A stretch of DNA of 63,472 nt, the filler included, from Octopus bimaculoides (Eukaryota), in NCBI RefSeq assembly GCF_001194135.2. It is 4 parts of 3 records of this genome, joined end to end, with 100 filler letters (N's around TTAATTAATTAA, not from the genome) between each part and the next. Parts side by side here need not be neighbours in the genome. Positions count along the whole stretch, not along the records: positions 6,756 to 36,851 come from NC_068986.1; 3 more parts are not named here. One strand, 5' to 3'. The notes beneath the pieces are model-generated. The model was given only the letters and a program-made list of their open reading frames with translations. It searched no databases and had not been told where the DNA came from. The position numbers were made by a program, and so were the translations under genes. Below, piece by piece: positions 12,631 to 25,538 of this stretch (the stretch's first letter is position 1; each line of letters starts with the position of its first letter).

Positions 12631-13060
12631 GCCTTTGCACAGCTTCTAATGCTGGAGATGTACTACAGTGTCAGCTGTTCACTAACACCTCATATTTTTC
12701 GAGCACCTTCCGGAGTATTCGAGCGGTTCCAAACAGTGCTCTTTTCTGCAAGTGCTCCACCCTTATTGCAGCCTCTATTTGTTCCATGTACTTCTCAAGA
12801 TTTTTACTCACTGTTCCCAGGGCTCCGACAATTATTGGTACTACTACCACCTTTTTCATCGACCACAACTGCTTAACTTCTCAAGCTAACCTGTCATATC
12901 TCTCGACTTTTCTTTCTTCCTTATCACACACCTTGATGTCAGCTGGGCATGCTATATCTATGATCCAGCATAGTTTGCTTTCTGGCGGCGTTGGCATCAT
13001 TGTTGTCAATAACAGATCACCAAAGGTTTCAAGTGACTCAAAGAGACACTACTCCCCTTA
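12586..13060 (-). mobile_element. Second R4/Dong-type 3' fragment with (TAA)n tail
   Basis: IIDIACPAD...KEERKVERYDRLA*EVKQLWSMKKVVVVPIIVGALGTV...LQKRALFGTARILRKVL (PD-(D/E)xK nuclease region). Confidence 0.8.
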
Positions 13061-13208
13061 GAATGTGAACTGTACCCAACAAGGCTGTCTTCTGGATCAT
13101 TTTGAGCCTGACAGCAGCTCCCATATTCTTAATATGTTTTTCAAAGCTCTTGGAAACTGTTCCTAATGCTCCAGTTACCATCGGTATCACCATTACTTTC
13201 CTCATGCC
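13061..13208 (-). mobile_element. Third R4/Dong-type 3' fragment
   Basis: MRKVMVIPMVTGALGTVSKSFEKHIKNMGAAVRLKMIQKTALLGTVHILRGV. Confidence 0.7.
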
Positions 13209-13424
13209 TTATTATTATTATTGAGTGAGAGAGCATTGCATGCCATCAGGTGTAGTTTACCTAGGACTATGCCATCCAATGTGTCATTTTTATGACTGTA
13301 GGATGTAGTTAGAGGCAGTTTTAACTACTTTTTCTTACAAGCGGAGTGAGCACATAGCGGCTATCCCATTGGTTCATTGTTAATATCCAAGATATTAATG
13401 GTTAATCTGATCTTCATTTTGCAG

Positions 13425-13486
13425 ATACAAGAAAAGAGGATGATTATCATGAAAACCATATAATCACAGCAAGAAGAATTAAAGAG
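13425..13486 (+). CDS. STYXL1: STYXL1 internal exon (rhodanese domain), (D)TRKEDDYHENHIITARRIKE
   Basis: ttttgcag acceptor and GAG|gtagga donor. Matches human [21 protein letters not shown] as recalled. Phase 1 in, phase 0 out. Confidence 0.9.
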
Positions 13487-14367
13487 GTAGGATTAAGATT
13501 AATAATACCTGTAACTAACATGGAGTGGAATGGGGGATAGTTAGCTGGTGTACTGGAGGTGCAGTTGCTTCCCTATTCTTTCTTTTATTTGAATCCCTAA
13601 ATTCCATCTCACTCATCCCTAAATTCTATCTCACTCATCCATTGGATTCATTCGGATGTATCATCCATTTAGGGATGTTCCACATCGGATTTGGGCATGA
13701 TGTATGGTACCTTGGCAAGTGTGTTCTGCCATAGCTTCAGATTGACCAATACCTTGTTAGTGGAATTTGGTAGCTAGAAATTGTATGGAAGCCACTCATG
13801 TCATCAATATTTTAATGTAGACTTTTCCAGATTTGCATGAAAGAGAGGCATTGAGCCAGATTTGCTGATGGTATACAACCTCTTTAGTGTTGGTGCCATG
13901 AAGAAAGCATCCAATCCATTCTGTAAAGGGGTTGGTGTTTGGAGGGGAATCCACCCATAGAAACCATGCCAAAAATGAGACGTTGGAGCAAGATGTGGTC
14001 CTCCAACCGAATGAATTCTGTTGAACCACTCTACACATGTCAACATAGAAGACAGATGAAAAATGCAGCTGCTGTTGTTGCTGTTACTGTTGCTGCTGCT
14101 GCTGCTGCTGATAATGATGACGATAATATAATGATGTTGACGAGGTAATAGTAATGATGCTGGTGGCTAAGTAGTTGTTGTTTAGCCCAGGGTCACTTCT
14201 GTTTGAGTATTATAGCCATGGTCATGCCATTTTTGTCTTAAACACAATAGGATGGGACTTACTGATAATTTGGCTGCTATTTCTTGCAGACCTAGCAGCC
14301 ACATTGTGACACCCCACCACCCACTTAGTCTTTGGCTTGAGAAAGTGGAAAAGCAATGATGGTGATC

Positions 14368-14858
14368 ATTATTTACATTATTTACATTTGACGGATATTT
14401 GTCCTCATCTTGTTTGTTGTTAACACGTTTTGGCTGATATACCCTCCAGCCTTCATCCAGTATTAAGGAAGGATAGGAAAATATTAGATTTATAAGCCCT
14501 AAAATTCACTCCATAATTGCCTACGGGCATATGGCGTAGAGGTTAAGAGCGCAGGCTACTAACCCCAAGATTCTGAGTTTGATTCCAGGCAGTGACCTGA
14601 ATAATAATAATGATAATAATAATAATAATAATAGTAATAGTAATAGCAATAGCAGCAGCAGCAGTAACAGCAGCAGCAGTGACAGCAGCAATTACAGCAA
14701 CAACAACAACGTCGAAAAATATCTTAGGAATGAGAACCCAGGTTTGAAATTTTCCCAAAACACCTGATGAAGGCTGGAGGGTTATATCAGCTGAAACGTT
14801 GTGTTAACAACAAACAAGATGAGGACAAATATTGTCAAATGTAAATAATGTAAATAAT
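14368..14858 (+). mobile_element. 5'-truncated Penelope-like insertion with inverted terminal (pLTR-type) repeat
   Basis: 14368-14457 is the reverse complement of about 14765-14858. The interior holds the last ORF codons shared with 818-853, a tRNA head (14525-14597), an AAT/CAG tract and a hammerhead. Confidence 0.85.
14759..14805 (+). ncRNA. Minimal type-I hammerhead ribozyme (family A), core intact
   Basis: Stem I AACAC/GTGTT; core CTGATGA plus an extra A; stem II GGCTG/CAGCT; GAAA; C-G mini stem III; GUU cleavage triplet. Confidence 0.75.
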
Positions 14859-14956
14859 TCCTCATCTCTTAAATATAGTGATGGTGCGAAGGATGATGTA
14901 TGAATTAACATAGATTAGTCACTGCTTAGTATTATGTTTTCTTGTTCTAACTGTAG

Positions 14957-15056
14957 GATGAGACTCTCAAAATGTTGATACCTTATGATGCTGAATTAGA
15001 GTGTAAACAATATGTTGTGGTCTATGATAGCAACACCAGCTCACTCAGTGAGAAAG
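14957..15056 (+). CDS. STYXL1: STYXL1 exon, DETLKMLIPYDAELECKQYVVVYDSNTSSLSEK
   Basis: ctgtag acceptor and G|gtaagt donor. Matches human [24 protein letters not shown]. Phase 0 in, phase 1 out. Confidence 0.92.
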
Positions 15057-15343
15057 GTAAGTGGCACCGACAACTGATCTTCAACAGTTTGGTAAAGTTA
15101 AGAATGCTAATCAAGAAGAATTGATAGTTGAGAATCAGGTTAGTTCCCTAATCAGTTGTTAGATATAAACCAGGTGAAGACACCAGCTGTTGCTCTTTAA
15201 GAATCAGATAAAAACCATAGGCACAGGTGGTTAGAAGCTTGCTTCCCAATCACATGGTTTCGGATTCAATCCCACTGTATGGCACCTTGGGTAAATATCT
15301 CTTGATATAGCCTCAGGCCAACCAAAACCTTGTGAGTGGATTT

Positions 15344-15384
<41 letters not shown>

Positions 15385-15625
15385 ACAAAGTGTAAAATCA
15401 ATGATGATTTTACCAGGTAGCCAGTGCGGAAAATTAAAAAAACTTTTAGGTAAATTTTAAAAATTATTTTATAATTATATACATAATTATAACAAGGGAT
15501 CAACTTAAAGCATCACCATGCACTGCTAAAAATAGACGTTAGATCCTTTTTTTTTACCTTAAAATTTTAAGATAGTAAAAAAAGCGAAGAATTGAAAATG
15601 TAATCAATAGGTAGGACTACATACT

Positions 15626-16570
15626 TTAGTATTCAGTTGACATTCCCTTTGCAGTTTCTAATTCAGAAATTCTTTTTGGCATTGAACTGATGAGCTTTGT
15701 CATTGTCTCTTGTGGAATTTCTGCCCACCTTTCATGCAACAATCGAAACAATTCATCTTTAGATTTAGGTTTCTGTTGAATTTTTCGTATAGCTCTATCT
15801 AGTATGCTCCAAAGATTTTCAATTGGGTTCATGTCAGGAGATTGGCTCGGCCAAGGAAGTTTTTTGATCCCATTTTCAGTCAGCCATTGTTGATTCCTTT
15901 TTGCTGTGTGGCATGGAGCCCCATCTTCCATGAATAAAAACTCATTTTTCATTGTGTTATCGTGTGAATACATCGGAAGTAATCCTTGCTTAAGTATTTC
16001 CATGTATTTTTCAGAGTTTATGGTTCCAACACATTCAGTCAGCTCAGAATCAAATTTTTGATTGGGAAGCCTCCAGACCCAAACATGTCGACTGTCTGAT
16101 AATAATGCAAATCTGGATTCATCTGAGAAAATCACTCTATCCCAAAATGAACTGAATTTTTCTGACATCTCTTTAGCCCATTTCTTTCTTTTCATGATAT
16201 TAATTGGTTGAAGGAGAGGTTTTCTTCTAGCTGCTCGTCCATTATACCCAAGCTTATGCAGATATGTAACACACGTTTTTGGACTAACTTCTAGCTGTTT
16301 TGCTATGTGAGAAGCCTTCGAACAGGGTTGGATTTCCACAATTCTCTTCAAACAGCGAAGCTCCCTTTCTGAGTGCCCAGGTCGGCCGGGACGAGAATCC
16401 GTTGATTCTTTTCCTTGGCTTTTGAATTGCACTATAATTCTATTAACAGTAGCAAGAGGAGTTTGAAGATTTTCGACAATTTTTCACTGGCTAAGACCAG
16501 CCTCAGATTGTCCAACAATACGACCTCTTTGAAAATCTGACAGACCTGCTGAATTTTTTGTGCGTGGCAT
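15626..16570 (-). pseudogene. Tc1-family DD34E transposase, one nonsense codon and an internal deletion
   Basis: ATG at 16570 (MPRTKNSAGLSDFQRGRIVG...), TGA at codon 29, then in frame with ORF 15626-16432. FSDESRF, MEDGAPCH and SPDMNPIENLW motifs, with 34 residues between the second D and E. The usual PTVKHGGGSVMVWG segment is missing. A TIR-like end TACACAGACATGCAGGAAGTAAATAGACACC lies near 16692-16722. Confidence 0.92.
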
Positions 16571-18339
16571 GGCTACTCTTCGCAAATGTTTAACATAAGG
16601 GCACCTGCATTGAAAAGGAATAATTAAGCTGTAAATTCTACACTGTTGAAATCATATTAAGACGCTTAGATCAGAAATTTTGAAAATTAAAGGTGTCTAT
16701 TTACTTCCTGCATGTCTGTGTATATAATATCAGATATAGTTAGAAGTAACTATCTTTATGATGAATCTGAGAAGCTGAGTATTTAAGAGTTTGGTAGCAA
16801 AAAGACTATTAAAGTATTAAACCATGGGGGACGTTTCTATGTGATTGCTTCACCTGCTAGAAGTAACAGTCAAATGTCCTACATATCAAAGCCTTTAATA
16901 TCTGAAGAAAAATAAAAAGCAATAAAAAGTCATGGTTTGAAAGCGTTTAATAACTGGTTTACTGGATCAGAGTTGATCTGAGGCAAAACAACATCAATAG
17001 CTATGTTGTCATTAAATATAAAGAAACTAATAGAGTGTAAAGAATGCTGGTTGTGGTTTTGTTAGAAATTTCTATCTGTACGAACAAACGCACATTTCTT
17101 CAAAGTAAATTAAAAAAAAAAAAGAATATTTGTATTACAAATAGTTTTTGTCAGGTTAAAATTTTATGCTACCGTGGAAGAAAAACTGGTATGGCTGGTA
17201 AAAGTGCGAGTGTATTTAACCTTTCTCGAAATTGCTGTTTGGGGAATTTATATTAAAAAAAAAAAAAAAGAAATACGGAGCAAAACAAGTCTAAGGGAAG
17301 TAACTCTTATAACAATGCTTTTTTTTTTTCCAATAATTTTTTCTCGACCTGAAATTTTAAAGAAACGGGCCTAGTGGATTACATCGACCCCAGTACTTGA
17401 CGTAAAGACGGACAAACTGTTGCTAAGCATTGCGTGCTAACAATTCTGCCAACCCGTCGCCTTATTTAATAATAATAATAATACTTTCTATTCTAGGCAC
17501 AAGGCCTGAAATTTTATGGGTGTGGGTTACTTAATGGCATTGACCCCAGCATTCAACTGGTTCTTGTTTCATTGATACCAAAAGAATGAAAGGCAAAGTC
17601 GACCTCGTCAGAATTTGAACTCAGAACATAACGCTGGAAGAAATGCCGTGAAGAATTTTGTCCTGCGTGCTAACAATTCAGCCAGCTCATCACCATATTT
17701 CATCATCATCATCATTGTTTAACGTCTGCTTTCCATGCTGGCATGGGTTGGACGGTTTGAGTGAGGACTGGCAAGCCAGGAGGCTGCACCAGGCTCCAAT
17801 CTGATCTGGCAAAGTTTCTACAGCTGGATGCCCTTCCTAACGCCAACCACTCCGAGTGTGTAGTGGGTGCTTTTTACATGCCACCGCCACCATAGCCAGT
17901 TGGGTAGCACTGGCATCGACCATGCTCGAATGGTGCTTTTTACATCACACCAGCTTTTTACATGCCACTTTATTGTACACAGTACTCAGGTGCACTACAA
18001 CTCCTCAGAAAAGGTTAAAAGGGGTACAGAAAGCAGCCCTAAGTAAAATAAAGAAGAAAGAAACAGGAACGGTAGATAGGCAGGTTAGGAGTAATATTGG
18101 TAAATTCCAGGAAGCATGGAGTTTTTGGAGGAAGCAGTGTCCTGACAAGTAACAACTGATATGGGGAGTTTGTTCCATGTTTTGACAATTCCAAGTGTGA
18201 AAAACCAAAGAAGAAATCTGTAAGTCATAGTTACCGTGCTGTGTTGTTAATTTTATAAACATATCCACAAGTGGTTGAGGCATCGAATTAAAAACAGAAC
18301 TAAAGACATTGTTGGAAAGCTGGTGGATAATCTTGTGAG

Positions 18340-18720
18340 TGTGGAGGCGCAATGGCCTAGTGGTTAGGGCAGCGGACTCGCGGTCATAGGATCGCGGTTT
18401 CGATTCCCAGACCGGGCGTTGTGAGTGTTTATTGAGTGAAAACACCTAAAGCTCCACGAGGCTCCGGCAGGGGATGGTGGCGAACCCTGTTGTACTCTTT
18501 CACCACAACTTTCTCTCACTCTTACTTCCTGTTTCTGTTGTGCCTGAATTTCAAAGGGCCAGCCTTGTCACACTGTGTCACGCTGAATATCCCCGAGAAC
18601 TACGTGAAGGGTACACGTGTCTGTGGAGTACTCAGCCACTTGCACATTAATTTCAAGAGCAGGCTGTTCCGTTGATCGAATCAACTGGAACGCTCGACGT
18701 CGTAAGCGACGGAGTGCCAA
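18340..18720 (+). mobile_element. tRNA-headed SINE, full-length copy (second copy 48616-48989; partial minus copies near 31030-31170 and 44450-44600)
   Basis: TGTGGAGGCGCAATGGCCTAGTGG...GGTTTCGATTCCC A/B boxes. The body is near-identical between copies. Confidence 0.85.
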
Positions 18721-19419
18721 AATCTTTTGAGTAACCAAGTCAACTGCTAGACACTGGAAGGAAACAAGAAAGAAGCCCATCATAAATACATACACAGAAT
18801 GTGTGTTCTTTTCTATTTTTAATCATTTGAAATATTTCTGTGAGGAAGGAGCTGGTTTTTAACAATGATAGAACTTGCATTCTTAACTTGAGAAAAATCT
18901 TACATATTTTTACTGTTCTGCTTATTTTACTGTATTTGTAATGTGTGAGTTAGGGGCTGATTTCTTTTCCTGGAAAAATCTTAGCTTATCTAGACTGACA
19001 GTTAGGCTTTTACTTACAAAACCAAGCGCATTACTCATTATTGGTATAAAGGTGAATTTATAATCTGGATATAGATCCTGGAGGTTTTGAAGTGTTTGTT
19101 TGTTTGTATGTATGTATGTATGTATGTATGTATGTATGTATGTATGTATGTGTGTGTATGTATGTATGTATGTAAGCTGGTGTTCTTACAATTGTAATCT
19201 AATGAACATCAGCTAACAAGTAGTTCTATGTAATTACTTGACCTACGAATAATAGCAGCTGAATCTTTCTCAAATCACACTTCACCATATCTAAAAAGGG
19301 CACATTAGATAATGTAATTCTAGGTAGACTATGAGTGGAAAATTTAGCTCATAACCTCCAGAATGTTCTTCACCCTCCGTGTTTCACTCAACAAAGAACA
19401 GTCCCTTTAACAATTACAG

Positions 19420-19488
19420 GTCCTTTCTTGGATTTTGCTTTGTTGTTATGGAAAACAGGGAGCAAATATAAAGTGAAAATCCTTAAAG
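19420..19488 (+). CDS. STYXL1: STYXL1 exon, (G)PFLDFALLLWKTGSKYKVKILK
   Basis: ttacag acceptor and G|gtaagc donor. Phase 1 in and out. Joins the next exon to give the rhodanese ILKGGY motif. Confidence 0.88.
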
Positions 19489-19949
19489 GTAAGCATGCGT
19501 TCCTTACATTTTTTAAAATTAAGGAGTTAATTGAATGAATTGTTATATAGTAATTTCAATTAAGAACTGAAGTATCTGTGTAATTAGTAAATAAAAGGTG
19601 AAAGAAATTAACTAATGAAGTGCATGTTTTCTTGATTAATAAAAGATGTTTAATTATTTAATAATATGCTGGGTTTATATTTAACTAAAAGTGTTTGAGT
19701 AATTAAAGATTTGTTTTATTGACTAATGAAAGTTATGTTTAAAAGATTAATGAATGATATATTTAGTTGATTAACATGTTGGCTCCCACATGTCATGCTG
19801 GTGGGTCAGGATGGTATGTTAGTAAGTCCTACATGACCCACCAGTGGGTCGTTATTCAATTTCTTTCCTATGGGTTTTCTCAGAGCTGGAATGCTGTGAT
19901 TGTCTTCATTTGTGCTTTTGCTATACTAAGAGAACAACTTTTTATACAT

Positions 19950-20134
19950 TCATTTATTCTTTTATTCTTTTACTTGTTTCAGTCATTTGACTGTGGCCTT
20001 GCTGGAGCACCGCCTTTAGTTGAGCAAATCGACCTCAGGACTTATTCTTTGGATGCCTAGTACTTATTCTATTGGTCTCTTTTGCCGAACCGCATCGGTT
20101 GTCAAGCGATGGTGGGGGGACAAACACAGACACA

Positions 20135-20204
<70 letters not shown>

Positions 20205-20365
20205 CATATATACGACGGGCTTTTTCAGTTTCCGTCTACCAAATCCACTCACAAGGCTTTGGTCAGCCCGAGGCTATAGTAGAAAACACTTGCCCAAGGT
20301 GCCACGCAGTGGGACTGAACTCGGAACCATGTGGTTGGTAAGCAAGCTACTTACCACACAGCCAC
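19950..20365 (-). mobile_element. tRNA-headed SINE with internal (TA)/(TG) tract, the dominant family (at least 15 whole or partial copies; full + copies at 54996-55430 and 56636-57033)
   Basis: Consensus GGCGCAGGAGTGGCTGTGTGGTAAG...GGTTCAGTCCC...GGCACCTTGGGCAAGTGTCTTCT...GGCGGTGCTCCAGCATGGCCGCAGTC...GTAAAAGAG recurs through the window. Confidence 0.85.
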
Positions 20366-21746
20366 TCCTGCACCTATAATAATTTTTTTTTTTCGTTTTT
20401 CTTCTGATTTCACCATGTAATGAACTAAAATAAACGATTGAGTATTGAAAAAAATTTATTTGCCATTGAAACAAAAATAGTTCTTTTTGAAAATAAATGG
20501 TAGATTTTCCAATAGAAACAGAAGTGAATGAAAAATATTTTACTTGCCATGGAAACCAAAATAGTTCATTTTGAAAAGATTTTGAGATCTTCCAGTAGAA
20601 AATACCCATCTGGTATTTAGAATGTTATGTGAACTAGGGTGGACATCATCATTGTTTAACGTCCGCTTTCCATGCTGGCATGGATTGGACGGTTCGGCTG
20701 GAGTCTGGGAAGCCAGGAGGCTGCACCAGGCCCCAATCTGATCTGGCAGTGTTTCTACAGCTGGATGCCCTTCCTAATGCCAACCACTCCAAGAGTGTAA
20801 TGGGTGCTTTTTACGTGCCACCAGCACAGGGGCCAGTCAAAGCGGCACTGTCATTGGCCACATTCGGATGGTGCTTTTTATGTGCTATCGGCACAGGGTC
20901 ACAACTACAGTTTCCATTTGATTTGATTTTGACATGGGTATATAAAACTACCTATGTGATCCTTGCCTCGCATATGGTATAGTGTAAAAATACGATGCCA
21001 CTCATGTCAAAATTAATTAAGATATCATATTGGGACCCGGGGATGAAACAAAATGAGGCTTGAGAGCCAACGTGTTAATGAAAGATGAGTTTTATTGATT
21101 AATGAAAAATGAGTTTTATTGATTTATGACAGATGAATTTTAGTGATTAGTGAAAGTTGTGTGTGTGTTGTAGGTTTTATTGATTAATGAAGAATTTAAT
21201 TAATGAAAGACATGTCTTATTGACTAATGAAAATGAAAAGTTTATTTGATAATTAATCCTTTCTGCTATAGACACAAGGCCTGAAATTTTGGGGGAGGGG
21301 GTGAATTGATTATATCAATATCAGAGCTTGTCTGGTACTTAATTTATCGACCCCAAAAGGATGAAAGGCAAAGATGACCTCAGCAGAATTTGAACTCAGA
21401 ATGTAAAGTCAGACTTTTGTCTGTCTTTACATTCTGAGTTCAAATTCCACTAAGCATTTTTCCCATGCTAATAATAATAATATTAATAATAATAATAATA
21501 ATGATAATAATCCTTTCTACCAAAAGCACAAGACCTGAAATTTAGGGAGAGGAGACTAGTCGATTATATCGACCCCAGTGTTTCACTGGTACTTAATTTA
21601 TTGACTCCAAAAGGATGAAAGGCAAAGTTGACTTCGGCAAAATTTGAACTCAGAATGTAAAGACAGACGAAACGCCGCTAAGCTTAAAACCAATCATTTC
21701 TTTGATTGCAAGAAAAACATTGATAAATGCTCTGTTATAATTCCAG

Positions 21747-21814
21747 GTGGATATGAAGACTTCTCAGCTCACTATCCCTTCTTGCGTTCAAAGAAGATTA
21801 TGTTCACTCAGAGG
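21747..21814 (+). CDS. STYXL1: STYXL1 exon, (G)GYEDFSAHYPFLRSKKIMFTQR
   Basis: ttccag acceptor and AGG|gtaaag donor. Matches human [20 protein letters not shown]. Phase 1 in, phase 0 out. Confidence 0.93.
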
Positions 21815-22399
21815 GTAAAGAATTATTTTTACATTTTCTCGCTTATAGAGTTCTTGTATCTTTGATGATGACATTGTCTACNNNNNNNNNNNNNNNNNNN
21901 NNNNNNNNNNNNNNNNNNNNNNNNNNNNNNNNNNNNNNNNNNNNNNNNNNNNNNNNNNNNNNNNNNNNNNNNNNNNNNNNNNNNNNNNNNNNNNNNNNNN
22001 NNNNNNNNNNNNNNNNNNNNNNNNNNNNNNNNNNNNNNNNNNNNNNNNNNNNNAAAAAAAACTTTGCCACCTCTCCCCATTCTCCCCTCTTCTGCCTCCT
22101 TCTTCTTCTTCTTCTTCTTCTTCTTCTTCTTCTTCTTCTTCTTCTTCTTCTTCTCCCCTCCTCCTCCTCCTCCTCCTCCTCATTATCATCCTGGAAATGA
22201 TTGATACCATTTGTCTGACAGTGTTACTCCGACCATCTTGCAATATATTGGTATCTGTATCATATTTCTAGTCAAGTGAGATGTTGTAATATGCTCCAGT
22301 ATTGAATCTAAATTGTAAGCCTATGCTTGGCACAATTAACCTTATGGTCAGAATTGTCACAAGATTAGCAGAATTGAAAAGTAGAATCACCAATATCAA

Positions 22400-22600
22400 G
22401 TGGTCCAAGAGTAAACAAGCCACTCAGCGGATCACCCTACAATAGGAACCTAACCATCAACATAGCTAAGAATTTTCTGTCCCATTAATTACTCATTTCC
22501 CAGCCTCATAAATATCATAAGCTCTTTAACAATAACAACCTAAAAGTGAGTTATAGTTGCCTGAATAGTAACAATTTCCATGCCTCACATTACAATGTAT
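22400..22600 (+). mobile_element. Decayed Penelope-like (Neptune-type linker) fragment
   Basis: PYNRNLTINIAKNFLSH*...HKYHKLFNNNNLKVSYSC resembles the PLE linker PPYS..VKTNIGK.FL...HK.FNRNN.KVSYSC. Confidence 0.6.
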
Positions 22601-23375
22601 GATGATGCATACCCATCTACCCCCAACCCCAGTAGTAAGCTTACAATGGCAGAACATTCCATATTTATTGACTTAAATGATCCTGCCTCTCTAATGCCAA
22701 AATCATCATCATCATCGTTTAACGTCCACTTTCCATGCTGGCATGGGTTGGACGGTTTGACTGAGGACTGGTGAGCTAGAGGCTGCATCAGGCTCAATCT
22801 GGTTTGGCAAAGTTTCTACAGCTGGATGCCTTTCCTAACGCCAACCACTCTGAGAGTGTAGTGGGTGCTTTTAAGTGTCACCGGCACGAGGGCCAGTCAG
22901 GCGGTTCTGGCAATGATCACACTCACACTCAAAAGGTCTTTTACATGCTACCTGCACGGGAGCCAGTCTGGTGGCACTGGCAACGAACACACTTGAATGT
23001 TGTTTTTCACGTGCCACTGCCACATGTGTCGGTACGGCAACTCTGACAACGATCATGCTCAAATGGTCCTTTTCACATATCACTGACATGGGAGCCAATT
23101 TGTGACCTTGGCAACGATCATGCTCAGATGTGCTTTTAGCATTCCACTGGCATGAGTGCCAATTGGGTGGTACTGTCATTGGGCACATCAGCGATTTTGG
23201 TTTGTTTATTGCTCTGTACTTTTGTTTCATATTTATTTCATTGATGTAGTAAGGGACAAAATGTAAATTGATTTTGATATGCAGGGAGATAACCCAGATG
23301 GAATAAACCAGATGGAATTAAATCCTGAAAGGTTGTTTCATTCAGTAGTGCACTGATTTTCCTTACCCAATGCCA

Positions 23376-23437
<62 letters not shown>

Positions 23438-24010
23438 ACACACATGTATGTATGTATGCACATACATGCACACGCACATACACACACAGTCATACACACA
23501 AACAGTTATGCACTCATACCCACCTCCTAGCCACACACACACACACACATTACATATTTTTCCATTTACTTCCTCACACTAATACAATTACACATAGGTG
23601 CACAAACAATTGCACTCATACTTCCTCAAATGCATGCTTGCAGACACACCTGGATAGTTGCACATGCACACACATGTACACACACACACTTGCATACACA
23701 GTTGCACACACATATGCACAACACTGTTGCATCTAGATTTGCACATAAACACTCACTTGCACACACACACACACATACACACACATGTATGTATGCACAC
23801 GCACACACACACATACACACACACTTATACACACAAACAATTATGCACTCTTACCTATCTCCTAGCCACACACACACACACACACGCACACTTGTATACA
23901 CAGTTGCACACACTGTTGCATACACATACTTGCACATAAACACTCACTTGCACACACACACACACACACATAGCACACACCCACATGTGCATACACACAA
24001 GTGCACATGT
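23376..24010. repeat. Compound (CA)n-rich array with an internal higher-order duplication
   Basis: The block ...CAAACAGTTATGCACTCATACCCACCTCCTAGCCACAC (about 23495) recurs as ...CAAACAATTATGCACTCTTACCTATCTCCTAGCCACAC (about 23835). Confidence 0.7.
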
Positions 24011-24714
24011 GTTTTCACTTCCTGTTGTTACCCTAACAACATCAATGATCCTCAGTAATCCATTCAATGCAATCTATAACAACTGGATCAATAATGACCT
24101 GGGGCTCAGTAACAACAACAACAACAACAACATTTCAATGCAATAGATTATCCTGTAGACTTGAACATTTAAATGCATCAATTGTGAGATAATCTCCCTG
24201 GCAATCTTCTGGTTGTATTCACTAATCTCTCTTCCCATGACCTCTCCGGACAGATTTAGTTTCTAGTTTTTTACTTCCTCAGGTTCTCGGTGTTAAGAGC
24301 TTAACGAAGCATCTTTGTGTCCAATTTTTACATTAGTGGAGAGTATACATGCCACACCCATGTAGGCACAGGTGTGGCTGTGTGGTAAGGAGTTTGCTTA
24401 CCAACCACATGGTTCCGGGTTCAGTCCCACTGCGTGGCACCTTGGGCAAGTGTCTTCTAGTCATGGACTTCATACAGCTGATACATTGAAACAGTGGAAA
24501 TCTTTTATGGTGCAAGAGTGGCTGTGTGGTAAGTAGCTTGCTTACCAACCACATGGTTCCAGGTTCAGTCCCACTGTGTGGCACCTTGGGCAAGTGTCTT
24601 CTACAATAGCCTCAGGCTGGCCAAAACCTTGTCAGTAGATATAATAGATGGAAACTGAAAGAAGCCCATCATACATACACACACACATGTGTTTATATAC
24701 ATGTATGTAGGAGA

Positions 24715-24935
24715 GCACTGCATGTCATCACCACAGAAGGAGGAAGCAGGTTAAGGAGGGGATCGACACTTTTGAGAGGGCACGTATTCTGCATGAAGAA
24801 CTTAAGCGAGCTGCTCGGAAGCGCACTGCTAGGATAGTGAATGGGGAAAGCTTGGTCTGCAATGTTTGCAGTTGTATATGCTTGTCAAGAGCAGGGCTCC
24901 TTAGCCACCAACGGAGCCGCAAATGCAAAATATAA
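24715..24935 (+). mobile_element. RTE-clade LINE 3' end
   Basis: TFERARILHEELKRAARK...LVCNVCSCICLSRAGLLSHQRSRKCKI*, a C2H-type C-terminal zinc motif like the one at 37029-37292. Confidence 0.7.
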
Positions 24936-25266
24936 GTTAGTCCTAGAGCGCACAATGTTCCTGAAGGTCAGCAATGGTCTTCCTCGGTCACGAGTGGACG
25001 GCCATCATGTGTGTGGATGTATAGGTGCATGTGTATGTCTGTATGTTTGTTTCCTTTTGCTCTTTTCTTAAGATCTTTCAGCTGCAGGTGGTGACATTTC
25101 TGTCAGTTTCCCTGTCAATCAATCACCTGCTGGTTTTTTGCACCTTCAAAGTCATATGGAATTCAATATCCCTGGCTTGAAAAACAGGTAAATGTTAGTG
25201 ACAGGAAGGGTATCCGGCTGTTAAACAATACCTTGTATATGTGTATATGTATATATATACATATAT

Positions 25267-25301
<35 letters not shown>

Positions 25302-25311
25302 CATATATATG

Positions 25312-25356
<45 letters not shown>

Positions 25357-25412
25357 GTATATATACATACATATATATGTCTGTATGTATGTATGGATGT
25401 ATGTATGCATAT

Positions 25413-25492
<80 letters not shown>

Positions 25493-25506
25493 GTATATAT
25501 ACATAC

Positions 25507-25538
<32 letters not shown>

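Noticed and set aside
14525-14597. Functional tRNA gene
   Set aside because: The acceptor and T stems are mismatched, and it is embedded in a repeat with an (AAT)n tract. It is tRNA-derived only.
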